Shown here piece after piece: positions 1 through 13,593 of a stretch of 64,000 nucleotides of DNA. The DNA is taken from the NCBI GenBank assembly GCA_000004695.1, contig CM000152.2, forward strand, positions 2,656,001 through 2,720,000, given 5' to 3'. Both the position numbers and the translations under genes were made by a program. The notes under the pieces were generated by a model. That model was not told the origin of the DNA. It did no database searches and saw nothing but the letters and a program-made list of their open reading frames with translations. This DNA is from Dictyostelium discoideum. Its lineage: Eukaryota. Within the stretch, counting starts at the first letter, position 1. Each line of letters opens with the position of its first letter.

Positions 1-13
1 TTATTATTATTTT

Positions 14-1370
14 TTAAAGTTCAATTTTAGGTTCCCAAGTTGACAGATTCCAATCTTTCACTTTTGGGTGAGCGAATTGTTGTTTATATTTTGAAGTTCT
101 GAGAATAAAATTTTGAAATGGGAAATTTGTTAAAGGAGTATCAAATAGGTATAAATGAACTGTTGATTGTGGTATTTCAGTTATTTTTTGATTAAATCCA
201 TCTAATAAAGACAAATCAGTAACACCATTTGGTATTGAACCTTTTAATAATGGTTTTTTAATTGCACCAACAAATAGATGTGTAATTGATTGTGGTAGCA
301 TACCTTCTTTTAGTTGAACATTGAATCCATCAAGTAATACCAAATATTTAACCGATGTTGGAATTGAACCTATTTTAATTGTTTTAACACTTGGTGCAAT
401 CGCTAAATGAGTAGTACCATTTGGAATGATAGAATCATTTTTATAAATAAAACATTCTTTTCCTCCAGCTTTATATAAATAATAATTTATATTAATAACT
501 TCTATTAAAACAATCTAATATTATAATTCTATTAAAATACTATAGTATTTTTTTAAAATATTTACCAATAACTCTTTTTGGATCCTTTACATTTGTAATA
601 GAGAGAGAATTGCTAATTTCAAATATTTCTTTAATTGATTCTTTAACTTGTTCACTATTATTTACAAAATTTACATTTTTATATTGATCCATTAGTTCAT
701 TGATTTTATTTTCATTTTGATTATCTTTTATTAATAGTCGTGATTGACAACAATGTTTTAATATTTCAATATGTTGATAACTATTATTATCATTAATGAT
801 TTGATCAATATTTATTTGATTTATTGTATTTTTATATTTATTTGTAATTAAATTAATATTATTTGAATAATCATGTACAATGGTTGAAATGTTTGTATTG
901 ATATCTTTATTTTCATCATAGAGTGTTACTAATTGTTTGATTTTATCAATTTCGATGATTGGTAATAATTTGGGGAGTTCTTTAAATACTTCTGTGATTG
1001 TATTTACATTTTCAGTGTGTTTATCTTCTAATGATTTAAATAAATTATTTGATTCATTTAATAACTCATTATTGATACCTATTTGTTTATCTAAATTTTG
1101 AAGGTGATTATTTTTAAATTCTTCAAAGATTTCTTTTGAATTCTCTACATCTATACGACCAAATTTATGACCATTATGATCTAAAAGAATACATTCATTA
1201 CATACTACATCCTGTTATAATTGTAATCATACAAAAATGAGTGACAATTACTTTTTATTTAAAGGGTGGAAACATGTTAAAATAATTACCTTACATGTTG
1301 CACAAATCATTTTGATTTTGTGCTCTTTATGTATTGCACATTTGTTATCATATTTACTTATACTATCCAT
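14..1370 (-). CDS. B-box zinc finger / FNIP-repeat protein, paralog 1 (3 exons, about 393 aa)
   Basis: Minus-strand ATG at 1370. Exon 1 (1290..1370) encodes MDSISKYDNKCAIHKEHKIKMICATCK, the start of a B-box Zn finger. A GTAATT donor follows. Exon 2 (566..1211) begins DVVCNECILLDHNGHKF (rest of the B-box). Exon 3 (14..468) carries FNIP repeats (GSIPxxV..LLDGFNQ..IPQS), with a TAA stop at 14..16. Introns are 1212..1289 and 469..565 with GT..AG ends. Seven paralogous copies follow downstream. Confidence 0.75.
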
Positions 1371-2211
1371 CGTGTGAAAGAATTTTTATGAAAAATTAGG
1401 GAAAAAAAAAAAATTTTGAAAAAAAAAAAAATATTATACTATTTTTTTTTTTTTTAAAAATTTAAGTCAAAATTTGAGTTGACAAAATTTAAGTCAATTA
1501 TTTTTTTATTTTTAACATATTTTTCATAAAAAAAAAAAAAATAAAATAAAAACAAGGGATAGGCATTAATTTTTTACTCTTTTTTTAAAAAAAATAAAAT
1601 TAAGTTTTCAATTAGTTTTCAAATAATTTTTATTCACTTCCCACAATCCCATTATTATTATTATATATTTGATACCTTTTTTAAAAGTAAAATATTAAAA
1701 TAATTTTTTTTTTTCAATTTTTTCAATTTTTTTTTTTTTTTTTCATTTTCATTTTAAAGTAGGCAATATAATATTAGTGAATGAATATATAAATGAATAA
1801 ATAAACGAATAAATAAATGAATAAATAAATGAATAAATAGACAAATAAACAAATAAACAATAAATAATAATTAAAAAACATCAAGTAGCTATTTCCAACA
1901 GGTTATCAAGTGGATTTATTCAATTTAGTTTAAATGGTAATTTTCTACTCATGACGGTAGTGATTGTAGAAATGGTGTTCAACAATTATCATTTGAAAAG
2001 GGTTTCTTTTTTAGAGTAGATAGTTCTTTATTTGAATTTTAAACCAAATTTAGTTAAACAATAAAATAAAATTTTTTTTTTTTTTTTCAAAACATATTTA
2101 CAAAGTTTTAGATTTATTAAAACTAGTTTTATTTTATTTATTTATTTTTTTTTTTTTTTTTTTCAATCAAGATTGTAGTTTTATTTTATTATCTTTTTTT
2201 ATTGTTTTTAG

Positions 2212-3580
2212 TTATTATTATTATTAAGATTTGATTGAGAAGGTAATCTTTTTGGTAAAATTTTAGATGGAGTTGATGGTGCAGTATTTTGATCAATTTT
2301 AGTCCAAATTTCTTTAGCAGAACCACCAGAAACTTTATTAGTTTGAGTAGTGGTGGTTGAAGAAGAAGATGATGATGTAACAATGGTTTAGCAGTTACAA
2401 CACTTTCAAGAGTTGGTAATTTTGGAGATGGTGTAGTTGATAATGTTGAATTATCAATAGTTGTGGCCAATAATGATTCTCTTGATGATTCTTTAACTAA
2501 TGATGGTACAATAATTGATACCATCATTAGTTTAAGCACCACTTATTGTACCATCACTAATAAGTTCATCATCATCCATTGGTATATTAATAATATTAAC
2601 TGGTAATGGTAATGGCGAATCTAATTGTTGTTGTTGTGGTGGTGGTGATGTTGTTGTTTTTGTTGTTGTTGAAGAAGATGAAGAAGATGAAGAAGATGAT
2701 CTTAATTGCAGTGGTTGTAGTTGATTTATTACATTCTTCAATTGGTTCCTCTGGAATTGCATGCTTCAGTTTCTTGTTTAGTTAATTCTTTAGTTGGTTT
2801 AATTTCTTGTAAAATTTGACTAGCCGTTGTTACATTATGTTGATTTAAATCTTGTGATGAAGATAAAGAATTCTCTGCATTAACTTTTGATTGTAAAATA
2901 TCAAATGGTGATAATACTTCAGGTGCTTCATCAATCGATTTTGGATGATTGTTACTATTATGTTGTTGTTGTTGTGATGATGATGATATTGATAATGATG
3001 AAGATGAAGGTGAAGATGAAGCTGATTGATGATTTTCTCTTTCTTTACCAAGGAAATCAGTTGATCAATTCAAAGAAGAATTTAATTTTGGCATCATATT
3101 GCACCGACTGATGGTTTGCGTTGAATAAAACTTGTTGATCTGGTGATGATGGTATACCCCTAATTGTTGGGGATTATCCAACTGATACACTTGTAGTAGT
3201 ATTACCACCAATATTATTACTACTAGTATTTAATGGAGTTGGAATTGGTGTTAATGCACTACTTAATGATGGTGAAGATTGAGCTGATGATATCACATTA
3301 TTATTATTATTTATTTTTTATTATTGATAACAACTGGAGTAACACTTAGAATTGTTTTGAAAGAAACCTTCACTATCTAATTTTGCTGCTTTTGTTCTTT
3401 CATCTTTTGAAATTAATACCCAATTAAGTATTTTAATTTTGGTAATTCATTAATAACAAATAATATAAACTCTTCACATTTCTTTTAAATTAAATTATTT
3501 TCAAATGATAAATATTCTGAAGTTTTAGATTTCTTTAATGTTTGTTTGATAATTTGTTGTCCTAAAATTGAAAATATGAA
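2212..3580 (-). pseudogene. Degenerate S/T/Q-rich low-complexity ORF cluster (frame-disrupted gene or pseudogene)
   Basis: Minus-strand ORFs 2189..2542 and 2532..2762 and neighbouring frames encode Ser/Thr/Gln/Pro-rich low-complexity peptide. Coding potential is spread over all three frames with several internal stops, and no clean GT-AG exon model could be built by eye. Confidence 0.3.
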
Positions 3581-3583
3581 AAA

Positions 3584-3615
<32 letters not shown>

Positions 3616-3659
3616 ATAATAATAATTAACCATTAAAATAGGAATTAATAATTAAAAAC

Positions 3660-3815
3660 AAAAAAATAATAAACTTTATTTGTTTTTTTGAAAAAAAAAA
3701 AAATTTAAGGTCAGTGAAATTAAATAAAAAAATTCAATGCTACTGTAGTGAAATTAAATAGTAAAATTCACTACGCTGGGCAGTGAAATTTTATTGAAAA
3801 TTCCCTACAACAATA
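3660..3815 (+). repeat. Solo terminal repeat of the Tdd-4-like DNA transposon (about 156 bp)
   Basis: Near-identical to 31975..32134 and the inverse of 27533..27690. It contains the subterminal palindromic motifs ggtcagtgaaatt and cactacgctactgtagtgaaatt and ends in ccctacaaca. No transposon body lies on either side. Confidence 0.7.
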
Positions 3816-4229
3816 TCTTTATTTTCATCATAGAGTGTTACTAATTGTTTGATTTTATCAATTTCAATGATTTGTAATAATTTGGAGAGTTCTTTAAATA
3901 CTTCTGTGATTGTGTTTACATTTTCAGTATGTTTATCTTCTAATGGTTTAAATAAATTAATTGATTCATTTAATAACTCAAAGATTTCTTTTGAATTCTC
4001 TACACCAATACGATCAAATTTATGGCCATTATGATCTAAAAGAATACATTCTACACATACTACTACCTATTATATTTATAATAATCATACAAAAATGAGT
4101 AAGGATCTTTTATTATTTAAAGAGGTGGATATTTGTTACGATAATTACCTTACATGTTGCACAAATCATTTTAATATCGTGCTCTTTATGTATAGCACAT
4201 TTGTTATCATATTTATTTATATTATTCAT
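3816..4229 (-). pseudogene. B-box/FNIP paralog 2: 5' fragment only, truncated at the solo transposon repeat
   Basis: It has the exon-1 B-box start (ATG at 4229), the intron, and the first ~300 nt of exon 2 with a ~60-nt internal deletion relative to paralog 1. The sequence stops abruptly at 3816, right against the ccctacaaca terminus of the repeat. Confidence 0.7.
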
Positions 4230-4365
4230 TGTGTGAGAATTATTAAGAAAAAATAATGGAAAAAAAAAAAAAATTTAGAAAAAAAAAGTTTCTGGATTTT
4301 CAATTTAAATCAAAAAAAAAAAAAAACCCAGTTGCGATTTTAAAATTATTTTATTATTTTTTAAT

Positions 4366-4401
<36 letters not shown>

Positions 4402-4726
4402 CTTAAAAATTTAGTTATTTGACTGGAATAATTTATAATCTTAAATTTTATATTGGTTTTTTTTTTTTTATTTTTTTTTTTTTATTTTTTTAAAAACTTA
4501 TTTGTGATAATTTTTTAAAAGATTTTTTTATATAAAATATTGCCTATCTTTATTCCCAAAAAAAAAAAAAATTATAAAAAAATAAATGATAAATTATTAA
4601 ATAATAAAAATAGAAATTTTGAGAAAAAAAAAAAATAAAATAAAAAAAATGGTGAAAATGACCTAATAGATTTATTTAATGATGTTTTGTTATTATTTTA
4701 TAATTCAACTTTTTTTAAAAACTCAC

Positions 4727-5510
4727 CTAAAGTTCAAGTTTAGTCTCCCAAACACCATCCCAATTATTCACATTTGGATAAGTGAGTTGTTGTTTATATT
4801 TTGTGCTTCTGTATATGGTTTTGGAATATGGGAATTTTGTTAAAGGAGTATCAAAAAGTATTAATTGATTAACTGATTGTGGTATTTCAGTTATTTCTTG
4901 ATTAAATCCATCAAATAAAAGTAAATAATAAACACCATTTGGTATTGAACCTTTTAATAATGGTTTTTTAATTGCACCAACCAATAGAGATAATTGACTG
5001 TGGTAGCATACCTTCTGTTAGTTCAACATTGAATCCATCAAGTAATAGCAAAGCTTGAACCGATGTTGGAATTGAACCTGTTTTAATTGTTTTAGTACTT
5101 GGTGCAATCGCTACATGAGTAGTACCATTTAGAACCATAGAATCCTCTTTATAAATAAAATATTCAGCTCCTCCAGCTTAAATAAAAAATTTAATATTAA
5201 TAACCTCCATTAAAACAATCTAATATCATTATAATTCTATTAAAATAAAAATGAATATTTACAAATAACTCTTTTTGGATCCTTTACATTTGTAATATAG
5301 GGAGAATAGGTAATTTCAAATATTTCTTTAATTGATTCTTTAACTTGTTCACAATTATTTACAATATTTACATTTTTATATTGATTCATTAATTCATTGA
5401 TTTTATTTTCATTTTGATTATCTTTTAATAATAATTTTGATTGAGAACAATGTTTTAATATTTCAATATGTTGATCGTTATTATTATTAATGATTTTATC
5501 AATTTTTAAT
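4727..5510 (-). pseudogene. B-box/FNIP paralog 3: 3' fragment with frameshift
   Basis: ORF 4727..4984 encodes FNIP repeats, and the upstream exon-3 and exon-2 homologs are present. The reading frame breaks around 4985..5170. The copy ends at about 5510 without a B-box exon. Confidence 0.65.
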
Positions 5511-5755
5511 TAATATTAAAATTTTTTTTTTATGGCAAGTTTCTTTTTTATTATCAGTTTGTTATAAATTCTATTATATTATAATAAAATAGTAAAATTT
5601 CTAACTTTTTTTTTCCAGTGGGTGTATATTGTCTCTTGTGAAAAAAATAAAATAAAATAAAATAAAATAAAATAAAATAAAATAAAATAAAATAAAATAA
5701 AATAAAATAAAAAATGATAAACTGGATTTATTTAATGATGTTTTTATGAATTCAC

Positions 5756-7115
5756 TTAAAATTCAATTATAGGCTCCCAACCACCACCATCCCAATTATT
5801 CACATTTGAACAGTGAGTGAGTTTTTGTTTATATTTTGGGTTTCTGTAAATGGTTTTGGAATATGGGAAATTTGTTAAAAGAGTATCGAAAAGTAATAAT
5901 TGATAAACTGATTGTGGTATTTCACTGATTGCTTGATTAAATCCATCTAATAAAAATAAACATAAAACACCATTTGGTATTGAACCTTTTAATAATGGTT
6001 TTTTAATTGCACCAACTAATAGAGATTTAATTGATTGTGGTAGCATACCTTCTGTTAGTTCAACATTGAATCCATCAAGTAATATCAAATATTGAACCGA
6101 TGTTGGAATTGAACCTATTTTAATTGTTTTAACACTTGGTGCAATCGCTACACGAACAGTACCATTTGGAATGATAGAATCATTTTTATAAATAAAATAT
6201 TCTTTTCCTCCAGCTTTATATAAATAATAATTTATATTAATAACCTCTATTAAAACAATCTAATATTATAATTCTATTAAAATACTATAGTATTTTTTTA
6301 AAATATTTACCAGTAACTCTTTTTGGATCCTTTACATTTGTAATAGAGAGAGAATTGCTAATTTCAAATATTTCTTTAATTGATTCTTTAACTTGTTTAC
6401 TATTATTTACAATATTTACATTTTTATATTGATTTATTAATTCTTTGATTTTATTTTCATTTTGATTATCTTTTATTAATAGTCGTGATTGACAACAATG
6501 TTTTAATATTTCAATATGTTGATAACTATTATTATTATTAATGATTTGATCAATATTTATATGATTTATTGTATTTTTATATTTATTTGTAATTAAATTA
6601 ATATTATTTAAATTATCATGTATAATGGTTGAAATGTTTGTATTGATATCTTTATTTTCATCATAGAGTGTTACTAATTGTTTGATTTTATCAATTTCAA
6701 TGATTGGTAATATTTTGGAGAGTTCTTTAAATACTTCTGTGATTGTATTTACATTTTCAGTATGTTTATCTTCTATTGATTTAAATAAATTATTTGATTT
6801 ATTTAATAACTCATTATTGATACCTATTTGTTTATCTAAATTTTGAAGGTGATTATTTTTAAATTCTTCAAAGATTTCTTTTGAATTCTCTACATCTATA
6901 CGACCAAATTTATGACCATTATGATCTAAAAGAATACATTCATTACATACTACATCCTGTTATAATTGTAATCATACAAAAATGAGTGACAATTACTTTT
7001 TATTTAAAGGGTGGAAACATGTTAAAATAATTACCTTACATGTTGCACAAATCATTTTGATTTTGTGCTCTTTATGTATTGCACATTTGTTATCATATTT
7101 ATTTATACTATCCAT
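5756..7115 (-). CDS. B-box zinc finger / FNIP-repeat protein, paralog 4 (3 exons, about 394 aa)
   Basis: Exon 1 7035..7115, exon 2 6311..6956, exon 3 5756..6213. The layout is the same as paralog 1: exon 2 is the identical 646 nt and exon 3 is one codon longer. Confidence 0.75.
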
Positions 7116-7712
7116 CGTGTGAAAGAATTTTTATTAAAAATTAGGGAAAAAAAAAAAATTTGAAAAAAAAAAAAAATTTGAAAATCTGATCTTATATTTT
7201 TTTATTTTTTTTTTTTTTTTTAAAAAATTTAAGTCAAAATTTGAGTTGACAAAATTTAAGTCTATTATTTTTTTATTTTTACCATATTTTTCATAAAAAA
7301 AAAAAAATAAAATAAAAACAAAGGATAGGCATTAATTTTTTACTCTTTTTTAAAAAAAAAAAATTTATTTCAAAAAAATAAAATTAAGTTTTCAAATTAT
7401 TTTTATTCACGATTTTTTTTATTTTTTTTTTTTATTCAATTTAATTTTTTATTCACTTCCACAATTCCATTATTATTATATTTGATACCTTTTTTAAAAG
7501 TAAAATAAACTTAAACAATAAATAAAATAAAATAAAATAAAAAGATAATATTAAAATAAACATAATCAAATATTAATTAACATAAAAAATTTTTTTAATG
7601 CACCACCAACTTTGGATTGAAACAAATTTTTTTAATGGAAATCCTAAATAAACTAAATTTAAATAATAAAATTTTTTAAATTTTGAACAGTCACTTTCAT
7701 TTATTTTGAATT

Positions 7713-7745
<33 letters not shown>

Positions 7746-8393
7746 CTTTCATTCATTGTTATTCAATAACAAATAATTAATTGTAAATAATTTACTTTTA
7801 TTTGAGCAAAAATCAAATGTAATTTCAAAATTCAAAATAAAATAAAAAAAAATAAATATATATTTTAATTTGTTTATTTTATTAAAATTTTTAAAAGCAG
7901 ATTTATTACTATTATTATTATTTTCACATGATTTGCGAAGTTTTTTTATTATTATTTTTATTTCCTTATTTTTATTTCCTTTTTTCCATTTCTTTTCTTT
8001 TCTTTCCTTTTCTTTCTTTTTATTTTTTATTTTTTTTATATATTTGACTTGGTTAGAAAGAACTTAAAATAAAAATTTTTAAAAATAAATAAATGCACAA
8101 AAAAAAAAAAAAGAGAAATATTAACACTTTTGTTTTTTGTTTTATAACAACACTATAAAAAAAAAATAAAAAATTAAACAAAATAAAAAAAAAATAAATA
8201 AATAAAAATAAAAATAAAAACAATTTTTAGGTTTGGGTTACCAAGATTTATTTAAATTTAAATTTAAAAAAGGAAAAAAAAAATTTTAGAAATCTGGAAA
8301 AAAAAAAAAAACTGAAACCAAATGGAAGAATTGGGAACCAATTTGCCAAAATCAAGTTTGTAGTGTTGTTATTATTATATAATTCATATTTTT

Positions 8394-9872
8394 TTAAAGT
8401 TCAATTTTAATCTCCCAATTACTAAGATCCCAATTATTCACATTTGAGTGAGAGAGTTGTTGTTTATATTTTGGGCTTCTGTAAATGTATTTGGAAAGTG
8501 GGATATTTTTGAAAGGAGTATTCAAAAGGTAGAAACTGTTAACTGATTGTGGCAATTCACTTATTTCTTGATTAAATCCATCTAATAAAAACAAATTTAA
8601 AACACCATTTGGTATTGAACCTTTTAATAATGGTTTTTTAATTGCACCTACCAATAGAGATTTAATTGATTGTGGTAGCATACCTTCTGTTAGTTCAACA
8701 TTGAATCCATCAAGTAATAGCAAATATTCAACCGATTTTGGAATTGAACCTACTTTAATTGTTTTAACACTTGGTGCAATAGCTACAAATCCACTACCAT
8801 TTGGAACGATAGAATCATCTTTATAAATAAAATACTCAATTCCTACAACTTTATAAAATAATTTAATAACCTCCATTATAACAATCTAATATTATTATAA
8901 TTGTTGTAGTGAAAATGAGCAGGTTTTTTTTTTTTACCAACAGTAGTGAAAAATTTCACCAAGTATAGCAGGGAAAAAAAAAATGTTAAATTTCCCTACA
9001 ACAATAATTCTATTAAAATAATATAGAATATTTACCAGTAACTCTTTTTGGATCCTTTACATTTGTAATAGAGGGAAAATCGCTAATTTCGAATATTTCT
9101 TTAATTGATTCTTTAACTTGTTCACTATTATTTACAATATTTACATTTTTATATTGATTCATTAGTTCATTAATTTTATTTTCATTTTGATTATCTTTTA
9201 TTAGTAGTCGTGATTGATGACAATGTTTTAATATTTCAATATGTTGATAGTTATTATTATTATAATTATTATTATTATTAATATTATTTTTATTATTATT
9301 AATGATTTGATCAATATTTATATGATTTATTGTATTTTTATATTTATTTGTAATTAAATTAATAGTATTTAAATTATCATGTACAATGGTTGAAATGTTT
9401 GTATTGATATCTTTATTTTCATCATAGAGTGTTACTAATTGTTTGATTTTATCAATTTCAATGATTGGTAATAATTTGGAGAGTTCTTTAAATTCTTCTG
9501 TGATTGTATTTACATTTTCAGTGTGTTTATCTTCTAATGATTTAAATAAATTATTTGATTTATTTAATAGCTCATTATTGATACCAATTTGTTTATCTAA
9601 ATTTTGAATGTGATTATTTTTAAATTCTTCAAAGATTTCTTTTGAATTCTCTACATCTATACGATCAAGTTTATGACCATTATGATCTAAAACAATACAT
9701 TCAACACATACTACTACCTATTAAATTTATAATAATCATATCAAAGAATCACTTTTTATTTAAAGGGGTGGATATATGTTACAATAATTACCTTACATTT
9801 TGTACAAATCAATTTAATATCATGCCCTTTATGTATTGCACATTTGTTATCATATTTATTTATACTATCCAT
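8394..9872 (-). CDS. B-box zinc finger / FNIP-repeat protein, paralog 5 (3 exons)
   Basis: ATG at 9872 (MDSINKYDNKCAIHKGHDIKLICTKCK). Exon 3 is 8394..8849 (VVGIEYFIYKDDSIVPNGS then FNIP repeats). Intron 2 is enlarged by a ~90-bp MITE-like insertion. Confidence 0.7.
8904..8993. mobile_element. MITE-like ~90-bp element derived from the Tdd-4-like transposon terminus, inside intron 2 of paralog 5
   Basis: It is absent from the equivalent intron in paralogs 1 and 4. Its termini are inverted (gttgtagtgaaaa ... tttccctacaac) and match the TGTTGTAGGG/CCCTACAACA ends of the large element. It is flanked by ataat(t) on both sides, which looks like a 5-6-bp target-site duplication. Confidence 0.55.
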
Positions 9873-11939
9873 TGTGTGAGAGAATTTTTAAGAAAATTTA
9901 AGAAAAAAAAAAAATTTGGGAAAAAAAAAAAAAAAAAAAAAAAATTAAAATAAAATAAAATCTAATTTTTTGATGTTGGAAATCTTGTTTTGTGAAAAAA
10001 AAAAAAAAGATATTATTTTTTTTTTATTTTATATTTTATTAAACTAATATTAATTTTTTATTTATTTTTGACTATTTAAATTGTTTTTATTTTTTTATTA
10101 TTTAATCATTTGATTGTTTTAATATTTTTTACGAATAATTTGACCATTATTATAGTCTATTTTGGTCTTTTATAGTATATATTTGATCATGATCGGAACC
10201 TGGGAATCCCTCAGGATGTAGTAACATTAATCTGTATGATCTAGTGCATACCTCACAATGAAATTTGACCACATGACTTTGCTTTTACAAGAATAGTATT
10301 TTTTTTTGGATTTGGTAATCAGTGGGAGTTTCAATATCAATAGAGGTAGATTCAGCAGCAATTGCACGATAAAGCACATTAGAAATAGGATGTTTTAAAA
10401 AGCCAACTGATTCAACAAGTTTATCATATCTCTTTTCCATTATTTCCTTGCATACAACTCAAAGTGAATGAATGGTTGACTATAGTGATTTTGAAATGTT
10501 TTTGGACTAATACCAAAAGTAACACATATCTCATAAATTGGAAGATATTGTTTCCATTATAAGAGAGTCTTACACAAAAAAAATAAAAAATAAATAATGT
10601 TGTTAATAATTCATTTTATTTTTTACATTTTTTATTTTTTTTTTTTTTACATTTTATTTAATTTAGGACTTGGTGTAATTTTACTAAATAATTTAATTTA
10701 ATTTAATTTAATTTAATTTATTTTAATTTTTTTTCATATAATTTAAAAAAATGAGTGGTTTTTAATGGTAATATTATTGTCTAAAAATAGATATTTTTTT
10801 TTTAAAATAATATTATTTTTTTTTTTCATTCAAATTTAGAAATTTCCGGAAAATCTTAAAAAATACGTATTTCATTTAAAAGTAAAGCTATTTTTGTTTT
10901 TTTTTCTTTAAAAAAAACATATTATTGTAAAAAAAAGATGTATTTTTGGAAAAAAAATATTATTTTAAAATTTTATAATGTTAAGGGGGTAAAAAAAAAA
11001 TTTTTACTAATTATGTTAATCGGGGTGTTAAATATTCTTTAAAAATTTTTTTTTGAAGTTGTGTTTTTTAATTAAATAAATAAATTCATAATTATTTCCT
11101 TCTATTAATAAAAAAAAAAAAAACCCAGTAAAATGTTAAAATATAATTAATTAAATCAAATTTTAATAAAAGTTTGTAATTCTATTTTATAAATAAATAA
11201 AAATTATCAAAAAATAAGATTAATAATAACAAAAAAATAAAATAAAATTTATAAAAAATGAAACTTTTTATAAAAAAAAAAATAGCATTTTTTATTAAAA
11301 TTTAATTAATACTAAAAAATATTAGAATTTTTAAATTTTATTAATTGGTGTTATTTTTTTTTTTAAAAATAATTATAATAATTATTAGAAAATAGGATAT
11401 TTTATAAAAATAAGATTATTTATAAAAAATAACCTTTATTATTATATATTAAAAAATAAGATAAATAATAATAAAAAAAAATATATTAATAATTGATACA
11501 TTAAATAATTTTTAACATATTTTATTAAAATATAATAGATCTTGTATGGAAAATCATCACTGGTGATTTAAGTAATCAATTTTTATTTTTGGAGAATAAG
11601 ATGTTTAAAAAATAATAAAATAAATTATAAATTGGAAAATTTTATAATATTCAACATATTTATTTAAAATATAAGTAATCCAACTTGGTTTTTTTTTTAT
11701 TTTTTTATTTTCTTTTTTTTTTATCCATTTTTACTATATTTTCAAACTTTTTTTTTTATTTTCAAACTTTTCATTTTTACATAAAATTTAATATAAAAAA
11801 ATATAATAAAATTAAAAAAAAATAAAATAACAAAATTTGTTTAAGGGTCATTTTTATTTTTATTGATTTTATTGATTTTATTATTTTTATTTTTATTATT
11901 TTTATTGATTTTATTATTTTTATTTTTGTCGTTTTAGAA

Positions 11940-12001
<62 letters not shown>

Positions 12002-12170
12002 TGGAATCTAATAAAATAAATTGTTGTTGTAATTGAATTAATCTTTTTGTTTGAAAAATATTAATTATAAGCAGAAAGTTAAATAATTAAGATTAATATT
12101 TAATTAGCTATATAAGATTGGAAAAAAAAAAAAAAAAAAAAAATTCGATCTAATTGATTATTATTATTTT

Positions 12171-12926
12171 TTAAAGTTCAATTTTAGGTTCCCAATTTGA
12201 CACACCATTCCAATTACTCATTTTTGGGTGAGTGAGTTGTTGTTTATATTTTGGAGTTCTGTGAATAAAATTTTGAAATGGGAAATTTGTTAAAGGAGTA
12301 TCAAATAGGAATAAATTAGCTGATTGGGGTATTTCAGTTATTTTTTGATTAAATCCATCTAATAAAAACAAATCAGTAACACCATTTGGTATTGAACCTT
12401 TTAATAATGGTTTTTTAATTGCACCAACAAATAGATATCTAATTGATTGTGGTAGCATACCTTCTTTTAATTGAACATTGAATCCATCAAGTAATATCAC
12501 ACATTTAACCGATGTTGGAATTGAACCTATTTTAACTGTTTTAACACTTGGTGCAATCGCTACATGAGTTGTACCATTTGGAATGATAGAATCATCTTTA
12601 AAAATAAGATATTCATTTCCATCAGCTTTATATAAATAATAATTTAATATTAATAAAATAATTAAAACAATCTAATATTATTATAATTTGATTAAAATAC
12701 TTAATGATATTTACAAGTAACTCTTTTTGGGTCCTTTACATTTATAATAGAGAGAATTACTAATTTCAAATATTTCTTTAATTAAATTTTTAACATGTTC
12801 ACTATTATTTACAAAATTTACTTTTTTATATTGATTCATTAATTCTTTGATTTTTTTTTCATTTTGATTATCTTTTATTAATGGTTGTAATTGACAACAA
12901 TGTTTTAATATTTCAATATGTTGATG

Positions 12927-12998
<72 letters not shown>

Positions 12999-13593
12999 AT
13001 TATTATTATTATTATTAATGATTTGATCAATATTTATTTGATTTATTGTATTTTTATATTTATTTGTAATTAAATTAAAAATATTTAAATTATCATGTAT
13101 AGTGGTTGAAATATTTGTTTTGATATCTTTATTTTCATCATAGAGTGTTACTAATTGTTTGATTTTATCAATTTCAATGATTTGTAATAATTTGAAGAGT
13201 TCTTTAAATACTTCTGTGATTGTATTTACATTTTCAGTATGTTTATCTTCTAATGGTTTAAATAAATTATTTGATTCATTTAATAACTCATTATTGATAT
13301 CAATTTGTTTATCTAAATTTTGAATATGATTTTTAAATTCTTCAAAGATTTCTTTTGAATTCTCTACACCAATACGATCAAATTTATGGCCATTATGATC
13401 TATAAGAATACATTCTACACATACTACTACCTATTATATTTATAATAATCATACAAAAATGAGTAAGGATCTTTTTTTATTTAAAGAGGTGGATATATGT
13501 TACGATTATTACCTTACATATTGCACAAATCATTTTAATATCTTGCTCTTTATGTATAGCACATTTGTTATCATATTTATTTATATTATTCAT
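12171..13593 (-). CDS. B-box zinc finger / FNIP-repeat protein, paralog 6 (3 exons) with an expanded poly-Asn tract
   Basis: ATG at 13593 and FNIP exon at 12171..12500 and upstream. Exon 2 contains an (ATT)n run of ~90 nt at 12935..13020, which reads as (AAT)n, poly-Asn, on the coding strand. The other paralogs have only ~4-8 Asn at that position. Confidence 0.7.

Noticed and set aside
7870-8067. ORFs translating to poly-Phe/Leu/Ile/Lys strings. Other examples are 16120..16425, 17465..17827, 18160..18354, 18829..19155, 25006..25218, 51176..51545, 56068..56355 and 56577..56828.
   Set aside because: They are products of A/T homopolymers and AT-rich simple repeats in intergenic DNA. They have no codon structure, no start context and no conservation between the paralogous intergenic regions.
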